Assembly (NCBI GenBank): GCA_022614735.1
Contig: JAKEHZ010000041.1
Location: forward strand, 1 to 53,884
Length of the DNA: 53,884 nucleotides
From: Acidobacteriota bacterium
GTDB taxonomy: Bacteria; Acidobacteriota; Blastocatellia; RBC074
Direction: 5' to 3'
Numbering within the stretch: position 1 is the stretch's first letter; every line of letters starts with the position of its first letter. The position numbers and the translations under genes were made by a program. The notes under the pieces were generated by a model. It was not told where the DNA came from. It worked only from the letters and a program-made list of their open reading frames with translations, and searched no databases. Below, one piece after another: positions 16,269 through 26,164 of the stretch.

Positions 16269-17435
16269 CTACTTGCCGTAGCTGACACGAAAGATAAACC
16301 CTTTATTATCGTCGGAGATATAGAGCGCGCCATCCGCGCCCGTAATCAATCCCGCTGGGCGGCCCAGAACCTGGCCGTCTTTCAGCCAGCCGGTGACGAA
16401 GTCTTCGACACCTGTGGCGCGTCCATTTTGCATGACGACGCGCACGACTTTATATCCGATCTTTTCAACGCGCGCTGTTGGGCTGGAACCATGCAATGCA
16501 ACGAACATCGCATTGCGATAGGCAGCCGGAAACTTGTTGCCTTTGTAAAAGGTCAGGTCAATTGGCGATGAGTGAGGCTGAAGCTCGAGTGCGGGCGGAA
16601 CGGCAGCTTCGGCTTTGATCGACCCTTTGGCGTCTTTCAAATCGGGGTTGGGGACGTTGTTCGCAATAAAGTAAGGCCAGCCGTAGTGCTTGCCATCTTC
16701 AATGCGATTGATTTCATCGGGCGGTTTTTCTTCGCCGAGTCTGTCCTGTCCCATATCGTCCGCCCACATGACGCCGGTCCGTGGATCCCAATCGAAACCG
16801 ATCGCATTGCGGAGCCCTCTGGCAAATGGACGCCCGCCACTGCCGTCGGCGTTGTATTGCATGATAGTGGTGCGCCGCGCGTCCTCATCCTCACAGGAAT
16901 TACAAGATGAACCGATTGAAACATACAACTTGCCATCGCGTCCGAAACCGATGGTGCGCGTCCAATGTGGTGTAGTCGAAACAGGCAGATCGACGACCTT
17001 CTCAGGTGTCCCTTCGATTTTACCTTGAGCGTATTTCAGCCGGAGGATGGCAGGATTAGTTGCGATGTAAAGATAGCCTTTGTGAAAAGCCAGGCTGTGC
17101 GGACGAGTCAGGCTGCTGGCGACGATCTCCATTTTGTCAGCGCGACCATCTTTGTCTTGATCGGGCAAGGCGACGACATCGCTTTTCGATTGGCGAGCGA
17201 CGAAGAGTACGCCGTCAGGGCTGATCGCCATCAGTCGCGCGTTTGTCACGTCAGAGGCAAAGACTGAGATTTTAAAGCCAGCAGGAACCTTCAGCTCAGC
17301 CGGTTGCGCCGGTGCAGCCGGCTGAGTGGGTGTAGCGGGATTTTGTCCGAGGACGGAAACGGTTAAGCAAATAATGAAAATTAACAACGGCTTTGCAACT
17401 TTTAGATAGAGCAAGTCAGTAAGGGCGGTTTTCAC
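16269..17435 (-). CDS. PQQ-dependent sugar dehydrogenase (sorbosone/soluble glucose dehydrogenase family), secreted
   Basis: Signal peptide. Motifs GLRNAIGFDWDP, DEINRIEDGKHYGWPY, GRPAGL..GADGALYISDD. AAGGAG RBS before the GTG start. Confidence 0.85.
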   Translation of the reverse strand: MKTALTDLLYLKVAKPLLIFIICLTVSVLGQNPATPTQPAAPAQPAELKVPAGFKISVFASDVTNARLMAISPDGVLFVARQSKSDVVALPDQDKDGRADKMEIVASSLTRPHSLAFHKGYLYIATNPAILRLKYAQGKIEGTPEKVVDLPVSTTPHWTRTIGFGRDGKLYVSIGSSCNSCEDEDARRTTIMQYNADGSGGRPFARGLRNAIGFDWDPRTGVMWADDMGQDRLGEEKPPDEINRIEDGKHYGWPYFIANNVPNPDLKDAKGSIKAEAAVPPALELQPHSSPIDLTFYKGNKFPAAYRNAMFVALHGSSPTARVEKIGYKVVRVVMQNGRATGVEDFVTGWLKDGQVLGRPAGLITGADGALYISDDNKGFIFRVSYGK

Positions 17436-17516
17436 TGGTCTTTTCTCCTTCTTAGTTGTTGGTGGATGCGATAACGCGAGAGCGTGAGAGTAGCAGTCAT
17501 GCCGTAATCATTCAAC

Positions 17517-18413
17517 CTACCGCAGCCTCGCTTTGCGATAAGCCCTCGGCGTCATCGCTGTGAGTTTGCGGAAGAGTGTAGTGAAGTGGCTCTGGTTCTT
17601 GAATCCGGCGCTCAAACCTACCTCAACAATCGGTAATTCGCTTTCAATGAGCAGCCGTTTGGCATAATCGATTCTGCGCTGCATCAGGAACTGGATCGGC
17701 GTCAATCCGGTGGTCTGTTTGAAAGAGCGCGCGAAATGGTAAGGGCTGAGATCGGCGGCTTGCGCGATTTCGACCAGTGAAAGGTCACCCTCGAGATTTT
17801 CGTCAATGAAATCTCGCACACGGCGCAGTTTGTGCACAGGAAGTCCGCCAAAATGCAAATCCGGAACAACGCTATCGGTCGAATAGTGGCGGAGCAAATG
17901 CACCGCCAGGGTGTTAACTAATGATTCGGCATAGAGCCTACCGGTCGGCTGGCCCGAATCAACCTCCGCAGCAAGTGCCTGGCCGATTGAACGGATCAAC
18001 GCGTCCTGAGGGCCACAAGCCAGAACGATTTTCGCATTTTTGTTGGCTTCGAAATCAATCGTCGCGCGCCCGATAAAATCCTGACTCAGGAAGACCAGAA
18101 CATACTCGAGCTCCTCCTGCCAACTTGCCGAATAGCTCGCACCGGCAGGCGTGACGCTTATATCGCCTACTTTGCGGCGACGGATCATCGTCGTCCCATT
18201 CTTCGACTCGTCTTCGATCGTGATCGATCCGTCCAGAGGGACGAAGACATGATGATTTCTATGGACATGTGCGCTCATTTCTCCGGGCCGCACACGATAA
18301 TGTCCAACCTTGACGCCCTCCCACCCGATCGTCTTCTCGAAGATATAAGGTGACGGAACCCCTGTTTCACGAGCCAGCCTGCTCTCCTCTATCAAGCTTT
18401 TCGGCATTGCCAT
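17517..18413 (-). CDS. AraC family transcriptional regulator (cupin-like N-terminus + HTH)
   Basis: C-terminal AraC HTH (LSLVEIAQAADLSPYHFARSFK ... GFKNQSHFTTLFRK). ATG 18413 chosen over the longer track ORF. Confidence 0.85.
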   Translation of the reverse strand: MAMPKSLIEESRLARETGVPSPYIFEKTIGWEGVKVGHYRVRPGEMSAHVHRNHHVFVPLDGSITIEDESKNGTTMIRRRKVGDISVTPAGASYSASWQEELEYVLVFLSQDFIGRATIDFEANKNAKIVLACGPQDALIRSIGQALAAEVDSGQPTGRLYAESLVNTLAVHLLRHYSTDSVVPDLHFGGLPVHKLRRVRDFIDENLEGDLSLVEIAQAADLSPYHFARSFKQTTGLTPIQFLMQRRIDYAKRLLIESELPIVEVGLSAGFKNQSHFTTLFRKLTAMTPRAYRKARLR

Positions 18414-18458
18414 AGATTTATCTCCGCCACTTATTATACACGGCTCGTCAATCACCCA

Positions 18459-18914
18459 CTACGATTGCGGCCTGAAATACAAAACCAGGGTTGCGCCGAT
18501 GATGACAAGCAAAAAGCCGACAAAGAGCAGGGGATTGATGGAAGACTTGGGCGGGTGCAGCAGCATCGTGACAAGCACATTGATCACAGGCGCGCCGCCG
18601 AAAACCAGCGGCATCACGTAAGCCGGATACCCTCCTGACTTGAAAGCCCAGATGATGCACACTGCGCCGAGAGCACCCAGTGCGCCCGCAATCGTTGCGG
18701 TCATTGTGCCTGAAAGATTGAATCCTTCTGCGCTTAATTGATTTTGTGTGGCGAGGGCCGCCACCGGCACGATGACGCCGATTAAGAAGTAGGCCACACC
18801 GACACAGAGCAGTGCGCGGAGCGGATTTTTAAGCTGGACTTGACCTTGATGCAGCATTGCGCCATAGATGCCCCACGACAATACCGCGCCAATCACGAAC
18901 ACAACCCAGTGCAT
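18459..18914 (-). CDS. Small integral membrane protein (4-5 TM, possibly DMT/EamA-like)
   Basis: Hydrophobic 151-aa ORF; the family assignment is tentative. Confidence 0.55.
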   Translation of the reverse strand: MHWVVFVIGAVLSWGIYGAMLHQGQVQLKNPLRALLCVGVAYFLIGVIVPVAALATQNQLSAEGFNLSGTMTATIAGALGALGAVCIIWAFKSGGYPAYVMPLVFGGAPVINVLVTMLLHPPKSSINPLLFVGFLLVIIGATLVLYFRPQS

Positions 18915-18936
18915 AGGACTTTTCTCTCCTTGTTAA

Positions 18937-19024
18937 TGGTGCATCCGGTAAATTCATATCATCTTTTTGAGCCCGCGCGTTAGCGCGGGCTCAAAAAGAT
19001 GATATGAATTTACCGGATGCACCA
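18937..19024. repeat. Locus-specific perfect hairpin: 42-bp stem, GTTA loop
   Basis: 18937-18978 is the exact reverse complement of 18983-19024. GC-rich apex GAGCCCGCGC/GCGCGGGCTC. It lies 31 nt 3' of the stop of the 19056 gene. Confidence 0.92.
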
Positions 19025-19055
19025 GTTAGTAATAGCAGGTTAATATTGATAACAG

Positions 19056-20522
19056 CTAACTGCTCTTGGCCTCATCGCGCTTGCCGAAGCAGTAGAGCGC
19101 GCTGTGTGTCCTCAGATAAATCCGCCCACCGACAATTGCCGGCGTGGCATTGCAGAGATCGTCCAGAACATTTACTGCGAGGATTTCCCAATCGCCACCT
19201 GCCTTGAGCACCGTCAGCTTGCCTTCATGGCTAAGAGTGAAGATCTTACCATCGGCGCCGACCGGTGAAGCGAAATAATCACCGGGAGCATCTCGCAGAC
19301 GAGCCTGCTTGAGCACCGCGCCGGTCTTCGGATCGAGGGAAGTCAAAATGCCGCCTTCTTTAAGCAAGTAAACGACATCTCGATAGAACAATGGTGACGG
19401 CACATTCGGCAGTGATTTTTGATAACGCCAGAGGAGGTGAGATTCGGTCAAATCGCCGCGCATCTCTTTTTGATTGTCTATCCGGTAGGCAAGCACCCCA
19501 TTTTGGACAGACCGCTTTGCGCGATAAGCTCGCCAATCGCGATCATTCAGAAAACCGTCGCGGTCCAGGTCGAAACTCTCCCAATCTTTTTTTATTCGCT
19601 GATCATCGAGTTCTTCCTTCGCAAGCTTGCCGTCTTTGTTGGCATCGAGCTTCTTCAATATTTCCTCGAGTGGCGGCACGTCTTCCTGTTGGCCCGGATC
19701 AGCGCCACCGGCCCAGCCGAGAATGTAGAGGCTATCGCGTCCGAATACCGGCGTTGGTTTGATCTGCCACGTCAACCCGCGAATCCACCAGACCTCCCTT
19801 CCTGTCGCGACTTCATAGGCAGAGAGGCGCAGCGATCCGGCAACGAGAACTTGTAGTGAGCCTTTGGCAGGCTGGTAGAGGACCGGAGTCGCAAACCCGC
19901 GTGTCGCTTCAGGGCGTTCCTGGCGCCATTTCACTTTACCTGTATTTTTATCTACTGCGAGGAAGAAAGAATCGGTTTCGGAATCGCAATTGAGCAACAA
20001 ATTGCCTTCAGCGAGGATCGGCGAAGTCCCCATACCGAAAGGGTTATTGAACGGTCCAAGGGGCAGACGCCATCGCTCCTTGCCATCTGCATCAAATGAA
20101 ATCAGCCCGAAGTCAGTGAAGAAGGCATAGACGTTTTGGCCATCAGTGACAGGGCTTGGTGACGCGGGGCTGTTCGATTTGTGAAGTTCCTGCGATCTTG
20201 GCTTCGTCATTTCACGCTGCCAGATGCGTTTTCCGCTCGCGCGATCCAGGCAGATGACGATTAGTTTGTTGCTCTGGAAAGCGGTGACGAAAATTCGATT
20301 CTGTGTCAGCACAGGCGACGAATGGCCTGGCGGGAGCTCCGTTCTCCAGATGACGTTTTGATCCGGGCCGAAATGAATTGGCAAGCCCGTATCGTTCGAG
20401 ACGCCGGAGGCATTGGGACCTCGGAATTGCGTCCAGTCGTCGGCGGTCACTGTTGGTACAAACAGAGATAATATGAAGGCAATGCACACGATGACAATGA
20501 CAGATTGCTTCTGCTGCGACAC
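19056..20522 (-). CDS. Secreted PQQ-like beta-propeller repeat protein with two EF-hand Ca-binding loops (paralog 1)
   Basis: DDWTQFRGPNASGV start of the mature protein, repeated propeller blades, EF-hand loops DANKDGKLAKEE and DLDRDGFLNDRD. GTG 20522 is preceded by GAGGAGG. Confidence 0.8.
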   Translation of the reverse strand: MSQQKQSVIVIVCIAFILSLFVPTVTADDWTQFRGPNASGVSNDTGLPIHFGPDQNVIWRTELPPGHSSPVLTQNRIFVTAFQSNKLIVICLDRASGKRIWQREMTKPRSQELHKSNSPASPSPVTDGQNVYAFFTDFGLISFDADGKERWRLPLGPFNNPFGMGTSPILAEGNLLLNCDSETDSFFLAVDKNTGKVKWRQERPEATRGFATPVLYQPAKGSLQVLVAGSLRLSAYEVATGREVWWIRGLTWQIKPTPVFGRDSLYILGWAGGADPGQQEDVPPLEEILKKLDANKDGKLAKEELDDQRIKKDWESFDLDRDGFLNDRDWRAYRAKRSVQNGVLAYRIDNQKEMRGDLTESHLLWRYQKSLPNVPSPLFYRDVVYLLKEGGILTSLDPKTGAVLKQARLRDAPGDYFASPVGADGKIFTLSHEGKLTVLKAGGDWEILAVNVLDDLCNATPAIVGGRIYLRTHSALYCFGKRDEAKSS

Positions 20523-20542
20523 GGGTCTGACCTCCTCTGCAA

Positions 20543-20570
20543 CTATTGGGAGCGCTTGCGCTCCCAATAG
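20543..20570. repeat. 13-bp perfect inverted repeat CTATTGGGAGCGC-TT-GCGCTCCCAATAG, 3 nt after the stop of paralog 2
   Basis: Read from the sequence; it sits in the spacer between the two paralogs. Confidence 0.8.
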
Positions 20571-20573
20571 TTG

Positions 20574-22016
20574 TCAATTCTGTTTCGCAAAACAATAGAG
20601 CGCACTCTGCGTCCGAACGTAGAGCTTTCCATCAACGATTGCCGGCGTGGCGAAAACTTCATCGCCGAGTGGATTGACTGCCAGCACCTCCCATTCACCT
20701 GCTGCTTTCACGACTGACACAGTGCCATCCTGGCTGATCAGGTAGACCTTGCCATCGGCGCCTACCGGAGAAGCGAAATATTTGTCGATGGCGCCTTTCA
20801 AACGACCCTGCTTGATCACATTGCCTGTCGCCGGATCGAACGAGATCAGGATGCCGCTGTCGTTGACCATAAACAATGCTCCCTGATAAAGCAATGTTGA
20901 GGGCACTTGCGGCACGGGTTTTTGATATTTCCAGCGAATTGCGTTGGCTGACATATCGCCTTTCCCGCCGAGTTTGATTGAGAGCAGACCGTTCTCTGAG
21001 GCCATCATCGCACGACAAATCTCCCATTCGCGAGCGTTCAATTTGCCATCCTGATCAGTGTCGAAAGTGCCGAAGTAGACCTTCTGCTTCAACTTCTGAT
21101 TCGGCATCTCGTCCGGGGAGATTTTGCCGTCTTTGTCAGTATCGTTTTTGGCCATGACTTCTTCAAGGGATGGCAGGTAAATTTGTAGACCTGGCTGATT
21201 TTCCGGCCACCCCCAACCATTGATATAAAGCACATCACCGTCGAGCGATGGGACGGACTTCATTTCGCAAGCCAGCCCGCGCACGTGCCATAGCCGCTCG
21301 CCGTCTTGCGGCGAGTAGGCAGACAACTGAAACGATTCGGCGATGATGATCTGCTTCTGGCCATTCTTTGGTTGATAAATAATTGGCGTCGAATAACCGG
21401 AGATCACGCCGGGACGATCAACCTTCCATTTCACCTTGCCCGTCTTCCTGTCAACTGCAAGCAGGTATGATGTGGTGTCCTGATCACATGGCAGAATGAT
21501 TTTGTCATCAACAATGATCGGCGAAGCGCCAAAACCGTAGTAGATCGTGAATGGCCCCATCGGCAGTCGCCATCGCTCTTTGCCGTTGGCATCGAAAGAG
21601 ATCATCCCGAAGTCTTGAAAGAATGTATAAACGTTTTCGCCATCCGTGACCGGGCTCGGTGAGGCGGGATTATTCGGTTTTTGAAGACGGTCTTTGCGTG
21701 GACGCGGCGCTTCATTTTTCCAGAGGACCTTGCCGGAATTGCGGTCTAAGCCGATGACCAAAAGCCTATCGTTCTCGAAAGCAGTTAAGAAGATGCGATT
21801 GTGTGTGAAGACAGGCGACGAATGACCGGGTGGCAATGGGGTCTTCCAAACGACGTTCTTCTCGGGGCCAAATTCAACAGGCAGGTTAGCCGATGACGAA
21901 ATCCCCGTGCCGTTCGGCCCGCGAAATCGCGTCCAATCATCGCTCGCAAAGTGGGGATTGGACACCAACAGAATGATGGTAAAGAGAAGCGAAAATCTTA
22001 TCGAATTATTTGGCAT
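20574..22016 (-). CDS. Secreted PQQ-like beta-propeller repeat protein with two EF-hand loops (paralog 2)
   Basis: Collinear similarity to 19056-20522 (SDDWTRFRGPNGTG, GHSSPV, FASPVGADGK). EF-hand loops DTDKDGKISPDE and DTDQDGKLNARE. ATG 22016 gives a signal peptide. Confidence 0.8.
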   Translation of the reverse strand: MPNNSIRFSLLFTIILLVSNPHFASDDWTRFRGPNGTGISSSANLPVEFGPEKNVVWKTPLPPGHSSPVFTHNRIFLTAFENDRLLVIGLDRNSGKVLWKNEAPRPRKDRLQKPNNPASPSPVTDGENVYTFFQDFGMISFDANGKERWRLPMGPFTIYYGFGASPIIVDDKIILPCDQDTTSYLLAVDRKTGKVKWKVDRPGVISGYSTPIIYQPKNGQKQIIIAESFQLSAYSPQDGERLWHVRGLACEMKSVPSLDGDVLYINGWGWPENQPGLQIYLPSLEEVMAKNDTDKDGKISPDEMPNQKLKQKVYFGTFDTDQDGKLNAREWEICRAMMASENGLLSIKLGGKGDMSANAIRWKYQKPVPQVPSTLLYQGALFMVNDSGILISFDPATGNVIKQGRLKGAIDKYFASPVGADGKVYLISQDGTVSVVKAAGEWEVLAVNPLGDEVFATPAIVDGKLYVRTQSALYCFAKQN

Positions 22017-22051
22017 ATCTTCATATGAAAACTGAAAACTGCTTTTTGCCG

Positions 22052-22258
22052 TCACATTTCCCAATCGGATTTCAGGTCTTCGCCATCGTAAGACTCTCGT
22101 TCCTTCAGTCGCTCTACTTCTTCATTTAAAAGTGCAATCTGGGCCGATAACGCGCGAATATCGGTGCGAAGAGCTTCCAACTCTGAGCGCAATCCCGTCA
22201 TGTCATCGTGCAAAGTGATAGCCCAGTTTTTTAGCGTCTCAATGATTGATTTCCGCAT
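22052..22258 (-). CDS. Small coiled-coil protein (hypothetical)
   Basis: 68-aa ORF with a heptad-like LRSELEALRTDIRALSAQIALLNEEVERLKE. ATG 22258 is preceded by AAGGTAG. No homology recognised. Confidence 0.4.
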   Translation of the reverse strand: MRKSIIETLKNWAITLHDDMTGLRSELEALRTDIRALSAQIALLNEEVERLKERESYDGEDLKSDWEM

Positions 22259-22292
22259 ATCTACCTTATTACCCTGATGTCGGGGCACATTT

Positions 22293-22443
22293 TCAAAGCT
22301 AGGTTACAGATCGTGAGGCAAGGTGGAATACAAAAATGGCAAAAAGAGCAAAAAAGGCAAAGGGGCCTAGAAATTTTGCCTTTTTTGCTCTTTTTGCCAT
22401 TTTTGTATTCCACCTTGCCTCACGATCTGTAACCTAGCTTTGA
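22293..22443. repeat. Locus-specific perfect hairpin: 69-bp arms, 13-nt loop, inner arm of GCAAAAA(G/A)N 9-nt units
   Basis: 22293-22361 is the exact reverse complement of 22375-22443. It ends 1 nt before the TonB-receptor stop codon (22445-22447) and fills most of the spacer. Confidence 0.93.
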
Positions 22444-22444
22444 A

Positions 22445-25400
22445 TTAGAACGAGACACGCAACCCGAACTGAATTTGCCGCGCTGAGGTCACTGTCGTCC
22501 GAATCAGTCCGAATGACGACAATGACGCTGCGGCGCGCGGGGGTTGGCCTGCGACGATCGGCGGTTCTTGATTGATAGAAGAGGGTAGCGGATCAGCGTT
22601 TCTAAATGGCGACCCGGCAAAGCTCTGTAATCCGGGCGTGCCAAAATTGGCTCGATTGAAAAGATTGAAGGTCTCAACGCGAAGTTGAATTACCGTATTC
22701 TCGCCGAGTTTCGTCCACTTGGTATTCTTTACCGCCGCCAGATCGAATGTCCGCAGGTTCGGCCCGGTAAATGCATTACGACCGATATTGCCGAGCGTAC
22801 CCGAGGGCTGCAAGATAAACGCTCTTTCATCAAAGTATTTGTCTGGCAGGCCGATGATCGCGCTCTCGTAGGTATAGCCCGGAGCAAGGCTGGGGCGATC
22901 GAATCCGAGACCCGGTCCGGAAGACGGATTCCACTGTGATTGCGAACGATTGTTTGCAAGGAAGACCGTCAGGGGGTTGCCGCTTCGCAACTGGCCGATG
23001 CCGATCAGATTCCAACCGTTCAGAATTGCCCCCTCTGCTCCTTTCAGGTTCTTGGCAAAGGGAATCTCCCACGTGAAGTTGAAAACCCAATTGTGCTTCG
23101 CGTGGAAATCAGCAGGCCCTTTGTTGTAGTCCAAGCCGGGGGGTTCAGGTAGAGCTGAGACGGTCGCATTGGTTGCATCGGAGAAAAACGTCGAAGCCTG
23201 CGTCGTGTCAATGCTCCGCGAGAAGGTGTAGGACGATTGGAAATCGATGCCCTTGCTGAACCGTTTCCGCACTTCCAGGATCAGCGCGTTGTACCAGGAG
23301 TTCCCATCACTCTTCTTCAACTCGATTGTGCTGAAAGCCGTGTTGAAGCGCGGCGCAGTACCCGAATAGAAAAAGGTTCCATCGCTCAGCACTCTCGGCA
23401 CGACCGTGTTGGCGTCAGTATTGCGCAGCAGGTGAACACCACGCGCACCGGCATAGCCAATCGTCACTACCGTATCGAACCAGAGCTGGCGCTGAAGGTT
23501 CAAGTTATAAACGTGCACATTCGGATTTTTCACATTCCATTCAACAGGGCGAATTGAAAGTATGCTCGGACGATTGAAGGGGGGATTGGGGAAAGTCGGA
23601 TTGGCGATGACCGGGCGCGGCGTAGCCGGCGGATTGGTCACGGTCACGATCAGGTTCTGTTGATTGTTGGTATTGAAATACCAGCCGTAGCCTCCGCGCA
23701 AGCTGGTCTTACCGTCTCCAAAAATATCCCACGCGAACCCGAAGCGCGGCGAGATGTTTTTGTATGTCGGATTTTGATAGAGCGGCCCGGCGGTGACCTG
23801 ACGGTCGCTCAAATTGGGAAGCGACACATCGCGCCCATAGATGTCCTCCGGCATGGTGGCGAATTCATAACGCAAGCCCAGATTTATCGTCAGTCGCGGA
23901 CGAATTTTGTAATCGTCCTGGACGTAGAAACCCAGTAGGTTAAAGCGCCAGTAGCGATCGAACTGAGCCTCGGGCGTTAGACCGATGAAACGGTTCGGGC
24001 GGTTCTCCAGAAATGCTTGCAGGTCAGGGAAGTTGTAGATGCCAAGCGAGAATGTCGGATTGACCATGTTGTCCTGGTAATGCTCGAGGAGACCGCCAAA
24101 TTTGAGTAAATGTTTGCCGCGCGTGTGAACGAGCTGTTCGCTGAAGCTGAAAATGTTCTGCGTCAGCTGCACGTTGACTGAGCTTTGTGGGCCGAAGCGC
24201 GGGATGCCGCCAATGTCAATATCGCCAACCAGTCTACCGGGCACGAAGGGCGTGAGGTTGACATCTGCCGACACGTCCTGACCGATGCGCGTGCGGCTGA
24301 AGCCGAAGCGCGCAGTGTTGATCGTCCGCGGCGAGACCACCCAGACGTGCTCAGTAGTCGCAAACTGATTGCGTGAGAGGAAGGAGCGCGGAAATTGCGG
24401 AAAATCCGTCGGTAGGAATTGTTCGGCGTTATCAAATGTGTAACGCACAAAGATCTGCTGGTCATCCGACAGCTTGTGATCCAAACGCCCCTGGGTGTAC
24501 TCCTGATCGAGCCTCTGGTTGAAATTGAAAAAGAATTGGGCCAGGTTGCCGATGCCATTGTTGAGGGGCGCGCCGTTTGGTAGTGGGAATGCGTCGAGAT
24601 AAGGTCTGACGGCAGAATTGACGCCGACGTTTGTGTCGACGACCGTGCCGTTAGGGTTTCTCACAGTCAGAATGCCCTGGCGGGCTTTCTGGTCAGGCAC
24701 AGTTGTCAGGATTGAGCGTCCCAATCGCTCCCGCAAAAATTCTGCGCCCACGAAGAAGAAAGTCTTGTCCTTGCTGATCGGGCCGCCCACTGTTCCGCCG
24801 AATTGATTGCGTTTGAATTCGGGCTTCCCCAGCGGCTCGCGATCAAAAAAGTTACGCGCATCGAGATTGTCGTTGCGTAGGAAATAGTAGAGCGTTCCGT
24901 GAAATTGGTTCGTCCCTGATTTGCTGATGGCATTGATCTGGCCGCCATAGTTGCGTCCGAACTCTGCGGAATATGAGTTTGCTTCGACGCGGAATTCGCG
25001 GATCGTTTCCGTGCCGAGCACAGTAGTCGCCGCACTACCGGCGGGACCGTTAGTGAAGTCGTTGAGCAACGTGCCGTCAAGCAAATAAACATTCGAGCGA
25101 ATGTCCTGTCCATTGATCGTCATTCCCAGTCCGTGCGCGACTACAGAACCGCCATCGCGCTGCTGGAAAGCAGTTACACCGGGTTGCAGGAGGGCAAGGT
25201 CGGTATAGTTGCGCCCATTGAGCGGAAGTTCACGAATCGATCGTTCCCCGACAAGGTAGCTCAGCTCGGCGCTGGTTGTATTGACAAGTGGCGCCTCTTC
25301 CGTGATCTCAACAGAGTCGCGGATGACAAGTTCCAAGAGGAGATTGATGACCGCGGTTTCGCCGATTGTCAGGTTGATATCTGATCTTACGGTCGGCCTA

Positions 25401-25651
25401 AATCCCGATCGTTCGGCTCGCACCTCATACTGTCCAACACGCAGTTCCGGAAATCCATATCGCCCCTGGGCGTCGCTTTCGATTGTGCGCGTATGGTTGG
25501 TTTCGAGGTTGCGCGCGGTGACCTTCGCTCCGGCAACCACAGCTCCGGCCTGGTCATGAACTGTTCCAGTGATCCTGCTGGTAGTTTGAGCGAAGAGATT
25601 GGTAGTTAAAAAAAAGAGGAAAAGAAAGACACTGATTATTCTGAACATCAT
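22445..25651 (-). CDS. TonB-dependent receptor with N-terminal carboxypeptidase-regulatory-like domain
   Basis: Signal peptide, [18 protein letters not shown] CarbopepD_reg motif, plug region, C-terminal ...[10 protein letters not shown] beta-barrel terminus. Confidence 0.88.
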   Translation of the reverse strand: MMFRIISVFLFLFFLTTNLFAQTTSRITGTVHDQAGAVVAGAKVTARNLETNHTRTIESDAQGRYGFPELRVGQYEVRAERSGFRPTVRSDINLTIGETAVINLLLELVIRDSVEITEEAPLVNTTSAELSYLVGERSIRELPLNGRNYTDLALLQPGVTAFQQRDGGSVVAHGLGMTINGQDIRSNVYLLDGTLLNDFTNGPAGSAATTVLGTETIREFRVEANSYSAEFGRNYGGQINAISKSGTNQFHGTLYYFLRNDNLDARNFFDREPLGKPEFKRNQFGGTVGGPISKDKTFFFVGAEFLRERLGRSILTTVPDQKARQGILTVRNPNGTVVDTNVGVNSAVRPYLDAFPLPNGAPLNNGIGNLAQFFFNFNQRLDQEYTQGRLDHKLSDDQQIFVRYTFDNAEQFLPTDFPQFPRSFLSRNQFATTEHVWVVSPRTINTARFGFSRTRIGQDVSADVNLTPFVPGRLVGDIDIGGIPRFGPQSSVNVQLTQNIFSFSEQLVHTRGKHLLKFGGLLEHYQDNMVNPTFSLGIYNFPDLQAFLENRPNRFIGLTPEAQFDRYWRFNLLGFYVQDDYKIRPRLTINLGLRYEFATMPEDIYGRDVSLPNLSDRQVTAGPLYQNPTYKNISPRFGFAWDIFGDGKTSLRGGYGWYFNTNNQQNLIVTVTNPPATPRPVIANPTFPNPPFNRPSILSIRPVEWNVKNPNVHVYNLNLQRQLWFDTVVTIGYAGARGVHLLRNTDANTVVPRVLSDGTFFYSGTAPRFNTAFSTIELKKSDGNSWYNALILEVRKRFSKGIDFQSSYTFSRSIDTTQASTFFSDATNATVSALPEPPGLDYNKGPADFHAKHNWVFNFTWEIPFAKNLKGAEGAILNGWNLIGIGQLRSGNPLTVFLANNRSQSQWNPSSGPGLGFDRPSLAPGYTYESAIIGLPDKYFDERAFILQPSGTLGNIGRNAFTGPNLRTFDLAAVKNTKWTKLGENTVIQLRVETFNLFNRANFGTPGLQSFAGSPFRNADPLPSSINQEPPIVAGQPPRAAASLSSFGLIRTTVTSARQIQFGLRVSF

Positions 25652-25855
25652 TGTTGAAATCCTGAGAGTCAGATTTTGAGAGTGAAGGGACCAGGTGATT
25701 ACCAAAACCTAATGAGAGCGTGGCCCACAATCACTTATGAATTCTAACAATCGCATACTTTGGTTGCAATTTGGACGATTGACATGGGATAGTACGCCGC
25801 GTTTTGACTGCTGGTTTCTGAAACGTTCGACAAACATCGAGTACATCAGGTGCTG

Positions 25856-26164
25856 ATGAAGCGGCTATTGCTCGTTCTGACAGTTCTCGCACTTTACATT
25901 CTGCATCAGGATTTCTGGTTCTGGCGCAGAATAACTCCACTGGTCTTCGGCTTCTTGCCAATCGGGCTTTTTTATCATGTTTGTTACACCCTTGCTGTGT
26001 CACTGCTCATGTGGCTCCTGGTCAAGTACACCTGGCCTTCCTACCTTGAAGAGAGTGCGGGAGAGTTGTGGAGCAGGAGAGCGGAGGAAGAAAGAGATTC
26101 CGCCGGTCCTCCTAATCCGCAACCCGCAATCCGCAATCCGCAATCGGAGGGCCCGCACTCGTGA
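25856..26164 (+). CDS. DUF3311-like small membrane protein preceding the SSS symporter, with a repeat-encoded C-terminal extension
   Basis: Two-TM, Trp-rich small protein (HQDFWFWRR). The stop overlaps the symporter GTG start (GTGA). The tail [15 protein letters not shown] is translated from AATCCGC units. Confidence 0.65.
   Translation: MKRLLLVLTVLALYILHQDFWFWRRITPLVFGFLPIGLFYHVCYTLAVSLLMWLLVKYTWPSYLEESAGELWSRRAEEERDSAGPPNPQPAIRNPQSEGPHS
26114..26145. repeat. Solo family A arm AATCCGCAACCCGC(AATCCGC)2AATC with no complementary partner nearby
   Basis: Read from the sequence. I saw no GATTGCGG run within several hundred bp. Confidence 0.85.

Noticed and set aside
18448-18660. ORF 18448-18660 (-), which overlaps the small membrane protein gene in another frame
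   Set aside because: It lies entirely within the better-supported 18459-18914 membrane-protein frame and has an Arg/Ala-rich composition.
18937-19024. The long hairpins as ordinary Rho-independent terminators
   Set aside because: The stems are 27-69 bp, against the usual 5-15 bp. Most lack a 3' U-tract, and in this case the T-run is on the 5' side. Only 29881-29926 resembles a canonical terminator.
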